Source of the DNA: a virus | Length of the DNA stretch: 64,000 nt | Reading direction: 5' to 3' (one strand) | IMG/VR virus record: IMGVR_UViG_3300008954_000002 | Coordinates: 97,099-161,098 of that record | Shown: one piece after another, positions 48,098-57,500 of the stretch | Layout: each line of letters starts with the position of its first letter | Position numbering within the stretch: the stretch's first letter is position 1 | Made by a program: the position numbers and the translations under genes | The notes under the pieces: generated by a model | What the model was told of the DNA's origin: nothing | What the model saw: the letters and a program-made list of their open reading frames with translations, nothing else | Database searches by the model: none

Positions 48098-48111
48098 GGA
48101 TTAACTCCTAA

Positions 48112-49755
48112 TTAATAATTTGATGGATGAAAGCCGCGTGGCAGGTAGCGTGATTTACTCTCAAGGTAGTTCTCCGCTGTGATTGCCCCGTCTGCTTCTT
48201 TGATCTCATTGTATTGATCAATAATCTTCTTTTCATAATCTCCAAGAGCCTTCTTGCCATCTCCTGGTGTAGAGCTGTCAGCAGAACTAACAGATGGGTT
48301 CTTCACCTCGACGACCTTCTTTGACTCTAAAACTGTTTCTTCTTCAGAATCGCTTGACTTAATACTATCAAACCAAGCATTCATAACTTCAAGTCGTTCT
48401 GTATCTATAGTATCAGAAAAACTCTTTTCGAGAAGCTCTGCGTGAGCACTAAGTACTGCAGCCAGCCTGTCTTCTATCTCGCTAATGCATCTAAGAGCAG
48501 ATATGTAATCTGCCTTGTCCACTACTTCTTTTTGGGTTTCTTCTTCGACTTCTTCTTCCGAGGCTTTGGTGGTGACGGATACTGTGTCGTCTTGAACTTC
48601 ACTTGTTTGTGTATCGCCATCTTCCTCTTTTGCCCCTACGTTGAGCATACCTAGCTCTGTTAGTTTAGCTATTACAGCATTAACAACACCACCAAGGTCT
48701 TCATTGTCAGTATCTTCAGTAGTTATAGTTTCTTCTGTTTCGCTAACTATCTCATTGTCTTCTTCGGAGTCTACAGCGCCTGCTTCAACAGTTGTTTCAG
48801 CAGTCTCTTCCTCTACAGACTCGTTGTCTTCATTGACAGCTTCGGTTGAATCTTCAGTGGCCTCAACTTCTTCTGCTGTGGCTTCTTCATCTGTAGTCTC
48901 AACTGTAGCTACAGTTGTTGCTTTTTGCATACTGTTCTCCGTAAAACTGAAAGTAGAATCAGTTAAATAAATAGTGCTTAAGTCTACATGACAAGCATCT
49001 TGACCTTCAAGAGCATTGTGGCCAGTCATTTCCATGGATAGCACTTGTGATAGATCGTCTGCAGGCATATTCACTACTGAACCTTCCATAACTTTGAAGG
49101 TGCCAGTAATGAAGACACATACTTCTCCATCATAAATCCGTCCATGTCGGTGCTCACAGATGTCACCCTTAGTCCAGTCTTCATCGCAGATACTGCAAAC
49201 ATGTCGGTCAGTAGTACTGCCGGCAGAGAATGTTATATATCTGCCGTCGAGGAATTTCTCTATAGCTTCCTTATCTGTGATACGAGCCTGCACTCTCATA
49301 CGGCCAAGCCCAGGCCACTCATCATTGGTGAGCAGACCATGCTTTTTCATTGCCTTGTATATTTTCTTGGGTTGATCACTCTGAAAGGCGTGCTTGACTT
49401 CCATAAAGGCATTGATATCAGTAAAGAAACCTAATGCTTCAGAAGAAAGGTCTTGCCATTCAGCGTGTATAAATCTTCCTACTGGATCCTCATGCCCGTC
49501 ATGATGAAGCAAAATGGGCTTTGGATACGGACTTAAAACTGTATCAACACCATCTTGCTGACCCTTTGTAGGGTAGATTCGGTTATTAATTCTTCTGCCC
49601 GAATGGCTAAGATCATAGGTGACAAGCAGCCCTTGCGAATCGTCACTGCCCACATAATTGTCTATAAGAGTAATCTTTTCCCTTTTTGTAAGGGAAGACA
49701 AAGATGCATCTGGCTGAACCTTAAAATAGTCAATAAGCTTAATGCTATTTTCCAT
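48112..49755 (-). CDS. Prohead protease fused to an acidic scaffold region (547 aa)
   Basis: N.RIY, PYPKPILLHHD...PVGR, DGRYITFSAGS and EGSVVNMPAD (HK97/herpes-type protease His/Ser pattern), with a CSIC...CEH Zn-like insert. Very acidic C-terminal half. Follows the portal gene. Confidence 0.8.
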   Translation of the reverse strand: MENSIKLIDYFKVQPDASLSSLTKREKITLIDNYVGSDDSQGLLVTYDLSHSGRRINNRIYPTKGQQDGVDTVLSPYPKPILLHHDGHEDPVGRFIHAEWQDLSSEALGFFTDINAFMEVKHAFQSDQPKKIYKAMKKHGLLTNDEWPGLGRMRVQARITDKEAIEKFLDGRYITFSAGSTTDRHVCSICDEDWTKGDICEHRHGRIYDGEVCVFITGTFKVMEGSVVNMPADDLSQVLSMEMTGHNALEGQDACHVDLSTIYLTDSTFSFTENSMQKATTVATVETTDEEATAEEVEATEDSTEAVNEDNESVEEETAETTVEAGAVDSEEDNEIVSETEETITTEDTDNEDLGGVVNAVIAKLTELGMLNVGAKEEDGDTQTSEVQDDTVSVTTKASEEEVEEETQKEVVDKADYISALRCISEIEDRLAAVLSAHAELLEKSFSDTIDTERLEVMNAWFDSIKSSDSEEETVLESKKVVEVKNPSVSSADSSTPGDGKKALGDYEKKIIDQYNEIKEADGAITAENYLESKSRYLPRGFHPSNY

Positions 49756-49760
49756 CTATA

Positions 49761-51695
49761 TTACTCCGAAGAACCATTCGTTAATTTTGATAAGTTATTT
49801 ATACTTATGTTGTGGTTAGAAATACAAGCTTTGCTTGGTATTTCACGTAGATGTCTGGCATAGGTGTCTTCGTGCCCTTTCACTTCGGCACCAGTCTTGA
49901 GTCCACAATTAAAGGATTGGTTCTTGTAGAGGGTATCAAGTTCTTGGAATCGCCAATTCATGCTATTGATTATGCTTGTAGAACTCAAACCCATAGATTT
50001 AAGTTCTATAACTCTGCTGTCTATTGCTCTGCTGATAGTTTCAGCAGCTCGGGTATATTCTTTTTCAAGAGTTTCAAAGTACATCATATACTGGGACACT
50101 TCACCGGTGTCAAGGTAGACGAGCAAACCCTCTATATAAGAGTCTTTAATATCATTGGTAAACTTGGGGCTGGGCCTAACTCCGTGCTGGTTTGAAGGCC
50201 TAGCCGTAGCTGCAGAAGCTCGCTTGGAGCCTTCGGAGGCTGCGTTTGGAGGCCTCCCTGTGCTACGCGGAGATACCTCTGCCTGCTGTTGTTTCTTGAC
50301 CCCCTGCGTAGTGATGCTTGATGTAGATGATTCTGCAAGTGCTTCATCAGCAGCAGGATTGCCAAGCAGTTTTAGCATAGCGAGAGGCTCTTCATACAGT
50401 TTGAAGTAGCTGCCCTCTCTCTGCTCTTCATCTAGGGGCTCTAGCCCAAGCTGTTTTCTTGCTTCGTTTTCAGTAACAAGCTTGTTGGCCCATAGCTGTA
50501 TTGTTTGGTTTTCAAGCCTAGTGCGCGCTTCCTTATCTACAATCCCAAACCTTATCTCAACCTTATCTTCTGGCAAGACAATATCGCTAGATATAGGACC
50601 CTCTTTTAGAAGTTCATCAAGCACATAGAACTCAATAAATGTTTTTAGCACATGTTGGAGCGCTTCAACATCCTGAACTGCCCCGGCAGAAAGTGTTTGT
50701 GCAGTAGATCGATTAGCTGTGTCGCCGTCTCCCATATCTACACTGGATATACCTAACCCTGCAAAGACACGTTTCTTGAAGTAGTCAAGGTATCCTTCAA
50801 CTCTTAGAGCACGGCCCTCGGAACCAATAGCTTGGATCTGATGTCTGTGGTCCGAGACATAGATACCGCCAGCAGGCATATATTCGATAGTACTCTTGAC
50901 AACATCCGTCTCTTTCAGACCGTCAGGGCCATACCGCTCAGGCATACTATCTGAACCCACCTGATAGTGGAACAATGGGTACAAGCTCGACTCGATAAGC
51001 TCTTCAACATTTTCTTCAAGCCTGCGCAACAAGGCAATATCATCGAGCACAGGCAGAACCTCTGGTGTGCCAATAGCAAATCCAGGCTTACGGTTTATAT
51101 AAAAATGTATTACATCTTTAGGTCTGAACTCTTTCTTTTGGCCCGAGGGAGTCTCTTGAAGAATCTTCTTGATCTCACCATTAGGCTTAGTCTTGAACTG
51201 TAGGGTTTCAAACGGAAGAACAAAATAGCCCGCCACAGGATCTAGTTCATTGCCTGCAACATCAGTCCTAACCTTGCCAGAAGAAGCTTCTTGATCGCGT
51301 ACCTTTACCCACATGCAATTTGAATAACGCATGAGATCATGAGCAGTCTGTGTCAAGAGAACATCAAACGGAAGATTAGTGGCAACTTCAATACCACCAA
51401 TTCTATCTTTTACATAAGCAAGTGTCGCTTCGTTCTTGCCAACAAGTTCCCATCCTGCAACTAAAAATCTATTTGTTTTCTTTTGGAGAGCCCGGAATAA
51501 ATAACTGTCCGTGTCTTGTGCTATCTGAATTTCTTCTAGATCGTATTCAGGTCTAAACCATTGTCCTCGATGTCTCTCTGTATATGAGAGCACCTTGTTC
51601 CTGACGCTTTTGACACTGCCTGCACCGCCAACTTTCTTTGGCTTGTCATGCAGATCAATGGCATCTAAAGCCAATCTAAACAGTTCAGAGTTCAT
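49761..51695 (-). CDS. Portal protein (644 aa)
   Basis: Located between the terminase and protease genes. FRPKDVIHF...FAIGTP...DDIALLRRLEE, VFAGLGISSVDMGDGDTANRSTA and NEARKQLGLEPL are portal-type motifs. Confidence 0.8.
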   Translation of the reverse strand: MNSELFRLALDAIDLHDKPKKVGGAGSVKSVRNKVLSYTERHRGQWFRPEYDLEEIQIAQDTDSYLFRALQKKTNRFLVAGWELVGKNEATLAYVKDRIGGIEVATNLPFDVLLTQTAHDLMRYSNCMWVKVRDQEASSGKVRTDVAGNELDPVAGYFVLPFETLQFKTKPNGEIKKILQETPSGQKKEFRPKDVIHFYINRKPGFAIGTPEVLPVLDDIALLRRLEENVEELIESSLYPLFHYQVGSDSMPERYGPDGLKETDVVKSTIEYMPAGGIYVSDHRHQIQAIGSEGRALRVEGYLDYFKKRVFAGLGISSVDMGDGDTANRSTAQTLSAGAVQDVEALQHVLKTFIEFYVLDELLKEGPISSDIVLPEDKVEIRFGIVDKEARTRLENQTIQLWANKLVTENEARKQLGLEPLDEEQREGSYFKLYEEPLAMLKLLGNPAADEALAESSTSSITTQGVKKQQQAEVSPRSTGRPPNAASEGSKRASAATARPSNQHGVRPSPKFTNDIKDSYIEGLLVYLDTGEVSQYMMYFETLEKEYTRAAETISRAIDSRVIELKSMGLSSTSIINSMNWRFQELDTLYKNQSFNCGLKTGAEVKGHEDTYARHLREIPSKACISNHNISINNLSKLTNGSSE

Positions 51696-51696
51696 C

Positions 51697-53283
51697 TTAT
51701 CCCCTGCCTACATGGCTTTCTAAGTCTTGCAGCCATTGCTCAAGCAATACTTCTTTGCCCTCCACTCGATTACGGTCGGAAGGGCATAAAGGTATTTCTC
51801 TATCATTTATAAGTATAGCTGGTCTGTCTTCTGCCATTGATACTGTTGTTCCAGGGTACTGTGAAGAGATAGCATTTAACAATTTACTATGTTCCGCTTT
51901 ATTATCAAGCTCTTTGCACCAGTCTTTAATATTTATACCTTGCTGTTTCATTTTCATGACCAACAAGACAAGGCTGATTATGTCCATCAATAGCAATAAC
52001 ATACCACTATTCTTTAATTGAAAGCCAAGTCCATTGCTCATAAAGGCGTTGAGACTCTTTAAAGAATACATAACCATAGCAAAGAGTTCTTCTACATACT
52101 TCCTTGCATCCCTAAGGGCAAGGATTGTGGTCTGCAGAACATCGGGAGGATGAAAGTCCCGCTGTTCTAAAGCTGCCTCAAGAGTACTATTGGCTTGCAG
52201 TACAAAGCCTGTCTTGGTTCCACCTGAGCCACTTGCTGCTTTTTCGAAAGAACCTATAGCGGTGGAGCTAGGGGCCTTGAGGGCTTCAGCTACCTTCTTG
52301 CTGAAGGTGGTCTGCCCCTCGGCATGTACAGCAGAAGCTTTATATACAACTTCGCTATTTGGTGTAATCGTAACGCTATCAGCAGGTGCAGAGACTGACC
52401 TACCAAGCGCTTGCCCTGCAGCAAGAGCTGTGTTCCAAGTATCTGCAGACTGATTAATAAGTTGCTCTCCCATTTCTAAGGCACCGAGAATGCAGTCAAT
52501 TGGAGCCAATACAATAGATTGTATTTGATTTACCAGCGAAGCAAGAGAGTCTACTATCATCTTTAAAAGGGGCCCAATAATAGCTGTCCAATCGAGCTTT
52601 AGCTCTAACCCAAAAGTAATATACTTTCTCAAAAGCAGCTTAATCGATACAAGCATTGTTACCAAATCAGGTATACATACAAGATTGAGCCCGTCAAAAA
52701 ACTTACACAAATCTTCTAGCATCCCATATGGATCGATCCTAGCCGACAGCCCTTCTATTGAAGACTCCATATCGGTGAGGAGTTCTTGTAGAGGAAGAAC
52801 AAGATTGACAGACGGCAACTCCCAGTTTAGCTCCATTCTGAGATCGCAGCCAAAGCACTCTTCCATATTCGTACTATTTAAAACTTCTGGATCGAGCCCA
52901 AGCCAGTCTCCTATTGCTTCCCATGGATCGGTTTCCCAGCCAGCAATTGGCACTTGCGGAGTAGTGAAATTCGACTGCACTGGCTCTAGCTCTACAGTGT
53001 TGGGCGCACAAGATGAATCGTCTGCACTAGATGTATTGCTTTGCTTTGCGTAGGACTCTTCAGGAGTCTCACCAACTCCACTAAGGTTTTCAGTGTGCTT
53101 CTTTGCAAGCATCTCTAACGTCTTCTGGCTGCTCTCTGCTATTTGCCTGCATGCATACAGCGGACTCAAGGAAGCAACTAATGCACCCGCTCTAGTCTCT
53201 GAACGGATAGCAGCCTTCTCATAGGTATCTATGATTAAACTTAGGTTAGCACCCTTATACTCTGGCGGGGTTCTTCTGCCCAC
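51697..53283 (-). CDS. Hypothetical protein (528 aa), helical with hydrophobic segments and several Cys
   Basis: Long coupled ORF on the operon strand. Hydrophobic segments IPDLVTMLVSIKLLL and GMLLLLMDIISLVLLVM. Confidence 0.6.
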   Translation of the reverse strand: MGRRTPPEYKGANLSLIIDTYEKAAIRSETRAGALVASLSPLYACRQIAESSQKTLEMLAKKHTENLSGVGETPEESYAKQSNTSSADDSSCAPNTVELEPVQSNFTTPQVPIAGWETDPWEAIGDWLGLDPEVLNSTNMEECFGCDLRMELNWELPSVNLVLPLQELLTDMESSIEGLSARIDPYGMLEDLCKFFDGLNLVCIPDLVTMLVSIKLLLRKYITFGLELKLDWTAIIGPLLKMIVDSLASLVNQIQSIVLAPIDCILGALEMGEQLINQSADTWNTALAAGQALGRSVSAPADSVTITPNSEVVYKASAVHAEGQTTFSKKVAEALKAPSSTAIGSFEKAASGSGGTKTGFVLQANSTLEAALEQRDFHPPDVLQTTILALRDARKYVEELFAMVMYSLKSLNAFMSNGLGFQLKNSGMLLLLMDIISLVLLVMKMKQQGINIKDWCKELDNKAEHSKLLNAISSQYPGTTVSMAEDRPAILINDREIPLCPSDRNRVEGKEVLLEQWLQDLESHVGRG

Positions 53284-53591
53284 TATTCATCGTCCAGATT
53301 AATAAGGTCACGATAAGCAATGCTGCCATCAAGACCGTTGTCCAAGTAATGCTTGTACTCTAGTCCTCTTGTATAGGCTCCTGTATTAGACGTGTAGTCT
53401 ATGCCGTCTACATAAGTGTCTATCTCTCTAAGCCTATCCATCACCTCAGTCATTACTCGTATGAAATCATCCCTGTGCACAAAGTCTCTACCTATTTTCA
53501 TAAATAGTTTCTCGTAGTCTTCCTCACGCCCTTGAGGCCCACCGTCCTCCTCGGGCTCTTCACCACGCATAGACATCTTTAGAAAACCCAT
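53283..53591 (-). CDS. Hypothetical protein (102 aa)
   Basis: On the operon strand, with a TAGTG overlap into the next gene. Confidence 0.55.
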   Translation of the reverse strand: MGFLKMSMRGEEPEEDGGPQGREEDYEKLFMKIGRDFVHRDDFIRVMTEVMDRLREIDTYVDGIDYTSNTGAYTRGLEYKHYLDNGLDGSIAYRDLINLDDE

Positions 53592-53600
53592 AGATAGTTC

Positions 53601-54116
53601 CTAGTCTTGGAATATATCAGAGGACTCTTCTTCATGGAAATCATTTCTCATTTTAAGAGCTCTTTTATACATTTCGTATGTAATAGTAGTCGGCTTTGCC
53701 ATACCAAAATCGAGAGCACCTACTATCCTGCTCCCTGCGTTGCCAAACACGTCCTTAATTGCCCTTCTGACCTTTGGCTTTCTGTCTAGGGTAACGCTAA
53801 AGCTAGGATTCGTTTCAGCAAGTAAGTCATCGATGCGCTGTTCAGTTTTGTTTATAACTTCTTGAACACGTCTAGCTGTAGACAGTGCGGCCTGTCTAAT
53901 CTCTTCTGTTACTTCAGCTTCCTCATCTGTAAGAGGCACTACAGGACCCTTAGGAATAATAGGCTGAGCCAGTAATTTCTGGAGTACTTCTACCTTTCTT
54001 TCAAGATTACTCTTGTCAGAGAAGTAAGCTTTAAGGTCATTTTCCTCTGGATTATACTCTGGCTGTTTTAGATCTCTAAACGGATTATGCCCATCTTCGC
54101 CATATTTAAAACCCAT
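53601..54116 (-). CDS. Hypothetical protein (171 aa)
   Basis: On the operon strand, TAATG-coupled to the upstream gene. Confidence 0.55.
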   Translation of the reverse strand: MGFKYGEDGHNPFRDLKQPEYNPEENDLKAYFSDKSNLERKVEVLQKLLAQPIIPKGPVVPLTDEEAEVTEEIRQAALSTARRVQEVINKTEQRIDDLLAETNPSFSVTLDRKPKVRRAIKDVFGNAGSRIVGALDFGMAKPTTITYEMYKRALKMRNDFHEEESSDIFQD

Positions 54117-54550
54117 TAAGCACCAACACTTCTTACATAGTAGCGTATTCTAAGTTGCATATTCTCTCTTATCTGAGCAAGCTCTCCACCAGGACAGTAT
54201 ATTCGTACCCAGATAGGATGCTGTGCAAAAGTATCTGCTGCTTGAGTAGTGCCAATATCAGGTATTCCGATACTGTCACTAGAGCGCACTAGATCCCACT
54301 CAGCTTCAGTAGGACGTCGCCTTCCATACATCAGCTTGATGCCCCACCCACTAGTACCAAACTCACCTGTATCGTTATATCCACCAGTTACTTCTGGTGT
54401 GATAGTAATATCTGTATAGTAGTATGCAGGATCATGATTCCGAATATAAAAGATTTGCTCATGTGCAGCACCTAAGTAACCGTCATGAAAAGATCTTAAC
54501 GGATTCGCAGTAAATGCATCTAGGTTTTCATCGTAAAGAGTTAGTGCCAT
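54116..54550 (-). CDS. Small beta-rich putative virion protein (144 aa)
   Basis: On the operon strand. EQIFYIRN...PIWVRIYCPGG suggests a beta-sandwich. Confidence 0.5.
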   Translation of the reverse strand: MALTLYDENLDAFTANPLRSFHDGYLGAAHEQIFYIRNHDPAYYYTDITITPEVTGGYNDTGEFGTSGWGIKLMYGRRRPTEAEWDLVRSSDSIGIPDIGTTQAADTFAQHPIWVRIYCPGGELAQIRENMQLRIRYYVRSVGA

Positions 54551-54558
54551 AGTTGTGC

Positions 54559-55224
54559 CTAAAATCCATTGCCTCTATGCTGGTTGAAGCCTCTAGCGTG
54601 AGAAGGTTGCCTACTGCCACCTAAGAAGAAGCCCCCAAGGCCGGCACCTGAGAAGGCAGCAGCTCTAGCACTCATTGTTGCGCCAGAAGCCCAGTTGCCA
54701 AAACTCTCTGCATACCCGTTAGCCATTAACTTTTCATTGCTTTGAATACTCTTGCCAAGGCCTCTAACATTAGCAGTAGTAATAAGACTCCTTGCACCAT
54801 AACCCACACCCATACCCATTACAGCTCCCTGACCAAACTCACCACCAGTTACAGCAGATGCTCCGCCTCCTACAAGGCCCATGAGCGCCATACCACCTAA
54901 TCCCTGTGCATTCAATGCTCCACTAGTAGCTTCGGATACTGCATCTGCCATAGGGCCACTAGCAGGAGCGGGGCGAGAAGGTATTGCGCCTGGACCACGA
55001 TCAGGAGCGGGGCGAGAAGGTATTGCGCCTGGACCACGATCAGGAAAGAGTAAGGCTTGCTCACCGCTTCCAGTCTTTCCCCACATTTGAGGGGCACCCG
55101 GCTTTACTCTAGTAGCAAAGCCAAAGGACAATTGCTCGCCCTGCCCTGTACCAGCAACTTTATCTATAGCTCGGCTACTCGTCCCTCTAAGCTTACCAAG
55201 CCTACTCATCATTGCTCTAACCAT
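54559..55224 (-). CDS. Gly-rich (glycine-zipper-like) basic protein (221 aa), possible internal virion/ejection protein
   Basis: GLGGMALMGLVGGGASAVTGGEFGQGAVMGMGVG GxxxG run. GAGG SD upstream. Confidence 0.5.
   Translation of the reverse strand: MVRAMMSRLGKLRGTSSRAIDKVAGTGQGEQLSFGFATRVKPGAPQMWGKTGSGEQALLFPDRGPGAIPSRPAPDRGPGAIPSRPAPASGPMADAVSEATSGALNAQGLGGMALMGLVGGGASAVTGGEFGQGAVMGMGVGYGARSLITTANVRGLGKSIQSNEKLMANGYAESFGNWASGATMSARAAAFSGAGLGGFFLGGSRQPSHARGFNQHRGNGF
54963..55045. repeat. Perfect 39-bp tandem duplication (2.1 copies) encoding PDRGPGAIPSRPA twice
   Basis: caggagcggggcgagaaggtattgcgcctggaccacgat occurs at 54963-55001 and 55002-55040, followed by cagga. Confidence 0.95.
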
Positions 55225-55227
55225 TGT

Positions 55228-57498
55228 CTACCTCTTTTTACCAATGTTGCCTCTACCACGAGAGCGTACTCTAGGACCAACACGATGTGGCTTAGACATA
55301 CTTTTTACCTCATTGATACCCTCTAAGTCCATCTCATGACCTCTAGTATGATTAGAATGAGAAGCAAGTCCTTCGAATATACTCTGGTGTGCATCTGGTT
55401 CTCTAGTACGTCCTATATCTCCTCTACTCTTGCGGAAGTGTTTTCCAGACAAGGTTTCTTCCGCCTGATACTTTTGCTTAACAAGCCTATCTACTTCGGG
55501 ACCCTCTCCTCTGACTATCTGCAATACACTAGGAAATCCAGGGAGACCTCTTGCCCTAGCTTCGTTAAACATTTCTTTTGCTTCTGCTTTGGGAGACATA
55601 TAAGAACCTTCTCCTGAAGACTTATTGATAAACTTTGGTCTGGAAATGGGAAGTTGATTACCACTATATACTGACACCTCAAGAGATAGTCCTGCAAGTG
55701 CCAACATTAATGCATCTAGTCTATGATCGCCAACACGAACATTCTCTGGACCATACACAGGCTTTCCTGTAGTAGGCGCTGTTCTTAGGATAACATAATT
55801 CATTAGTTGTTTAGTTAGGTCCTCATCGCTCTCAGGATATACGATAAGTTCATCTTGAAGAATCCTAACAGCATTCTCAACAAGGTAGTGCTTGCCCGCT
55901 TTCTTGATAATAGTTCCATCAATAGGATCTCTCAGTTCAATTGTCTTTGAAAAGTTAAAGGCTACTAAGCGATCAGAAAGCCTCACAGATTGTTCTTCTA
56001 TCTCGTTTCTATTTTCTTTTCTCTTCAGTCTATGAGCATAGAGAAGTAAGTCTTCGATGATTGTGTGACCATAACCTTCATCAGCATAGATCCAATCAGG
56101 CTTCCACTTGTGGTTGAGCCGTACCACTTCTTCCATCCAGCGTTTAGCTGAGAATTTAGAAGCTGGAATATTAATTGCCTCTCTACCATACCACTTGCCT
56201 GTAGAAGTAGAATAAGAGAGTACATAGAACTCAGTACCTGCATTCTTGTTCCAATCAATACCTATACAGGTAAGCATATTGGCTGGCTCAGTGACACCTA
56301 GTGATGTTCTTAGGAACTCTTGGCTGGCTGTTTGGTCATAGGTATAGTCTGCCCGAGCTGCATGTATCCATGAAGGACGAAAGACTCCATAGTTACCCTC
56401 AACGAACTGAGCCATGTACTCAGCCTCAAAACCCTCCTCAGTAGTTTCAGATTCTATCTCTTCTTTTACGCTATCCCAATGAGGAAGTACCGTAGATGGG
56501 TAATAATCTTCTTTGAAATCCGCACGCTCTAGTGCGTAGTTGTAGAATTTGCCTCGCTTCCCGATAGGAGTTGAAGTGGCCATCAGCACCACGCCTGGCC
56601 TTGTGAGCAAGATTGGTGTAATAACTTTATCCAGAATATCATCTGGGATCATATCCATTTCATCGAGATAGATAATGTCTGCTGAGCCGCCTCGAATTGT
56701 ACCACCACCCGAACCATCAGACTTGACTCCAAGCCCAGACACGAATCCCTTAATTGAAGTACCGCTTTTTAGTTCCATCTTATAGGTGGGAGTTTTAATG
56801 TACAGACTATCTCCTGTACCAGTGGTAACCTCTCTTCTAAGTTCAACGTTTCTCTTGATGAAGGCCTCCATTTCATCAAAGATAACAGTTAGTTGAGATT
56901 GATAAGGTGTAATGATTAAGATCTCAGGACCATGACTTACAGGGTTGCCTTCTGCGTCTAAACCACGGCTTACTTTCAGGTTGAAAGCATAGTAAACAAG
57001 CCTCAATGCCATTATAAAAGATTTCCCAGAGCGCCTCCCCCACCTGCATACATTTCTAAGACTAGTGCAACGCAGCAGTTCCTTTTGATAATTTCGTATG
57101 CGCCAGTTCTCATCGCTATCATCAAAACCAAACATCAGCTCTGCCCAAGCTACAGGATCGACTGTAGAGAGAAGAAGCTTTCTTGCTCTATCATAAGGAA
57201 TGTCATTAGCAGCACTAAGACGCTTTATCTTTTCCTTGGAGCCATTAGGTAATCCTCTGGGGATAAAGTTGCAGCTTACCTTAAAGGCACTTTCATTTTT
57301 CTTAGTTCTTTTATATTTCTCTATCTGTCGTATCTGACAATTGATACAAGTTCTATGGACATCAGTTTTTATTCCATACTCTTCTTTATAGTGTTCAGCA
57401 AGAGCAGGATCGGGTTTCGCAGCAGGGTCCTGATGTGTATATCCATACTCATTAGTAGTATAGAGTTCACTAAGTAACTCTTTGATAGTGGGACTCAT
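55228..57498 (-). CDS. terL: Terminase large subunit (756 aa)
   Basis: RNYQ Q-motif, Walker A WGRRSGKS, Walker B IIYLDE, motif III ATSTP, FEAEYMAQF, and RNase H-like nuclease motifs IGIDWN, YADEG and DHRLDA. Confidence 0.93.
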   Translation of the reverse strand: MSPTIKELLSELYTTNEYGYTHQDPAAKPDPALAEHYKEEYGIKTDVHRTCINCQIRQIEKYKRTKKNESAFKVSCNFIPRGLPNGSKEKIKRLSAANDIPYDRARKLLLSTVDPVAWAELMFGFDDSDENWRIRNYQKELLRCTSLRNVCRWGRRSGKSFIMALRLVYYAFNLKVSRGLDAEGNPVSHGPEILIITPYQSQLTVIFDEMEAFIKRNVELRREVTTGTGDSLYIKTPTYKMELKSGTSIKGFVSGLGVKSDGSGGGTIRGGSADIIYLDEMDMIPDDILDKVITPILLTRPGVVLMATSTPIGKRGKFYNYALERADFKEDYYPSTVLPHWDSVKEEIESETTEEGFEAEYMAQFVEGNYGVFRPSWIHAARADYTYDQTASQEFLRTSLGVTEPANMLTCIGIDWNKNAGTEFYVLSYSTSTGKWYGREAINIPASKFSAKRWMEEVVRLNHKWKPDWIYADEGYGHTIIEDLLLYAHRLKRKENRNEIEEQSVRLSDRLVAFNFSKTIELRDPIDGTIIKKAGKHYLVENAVRILQDELIVYPESDEDLTKQLMNYVILRTAPTTGKPVYGPENVRVGDHRLDALMLALAGLSLEVSVYSGNQLPISRPKFINKSSGEGSYMSPKAEAKEMFNEARARGLPGFPSVLQIVRGEGPEVDRLVKQKYQAEETLSGKHFRKSRGDIGRTREPDAHQSIFEGLASHSNHTRGHEMDLEGINEVKSMSKPHRVGPRVRSRGRGNIGKKR

Positions 57499-57500
57499 GC

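Noticed and set aside
4403-54550. Paralogy between the 165-aa (4403..4900) and 144-aa (54116..54550) beta-rich proteins
   Set aside because: There is only a vague pattern similarity, which is not supportable without profile comparison.
55228-57498. Intein or intron in terL or in the very long ORFs
   Set aside because: I saw no intein C...HN splice junctions or LAGLIDADG motifs. Terminase motif spacing is normal and the ORFs are uninterrupted.
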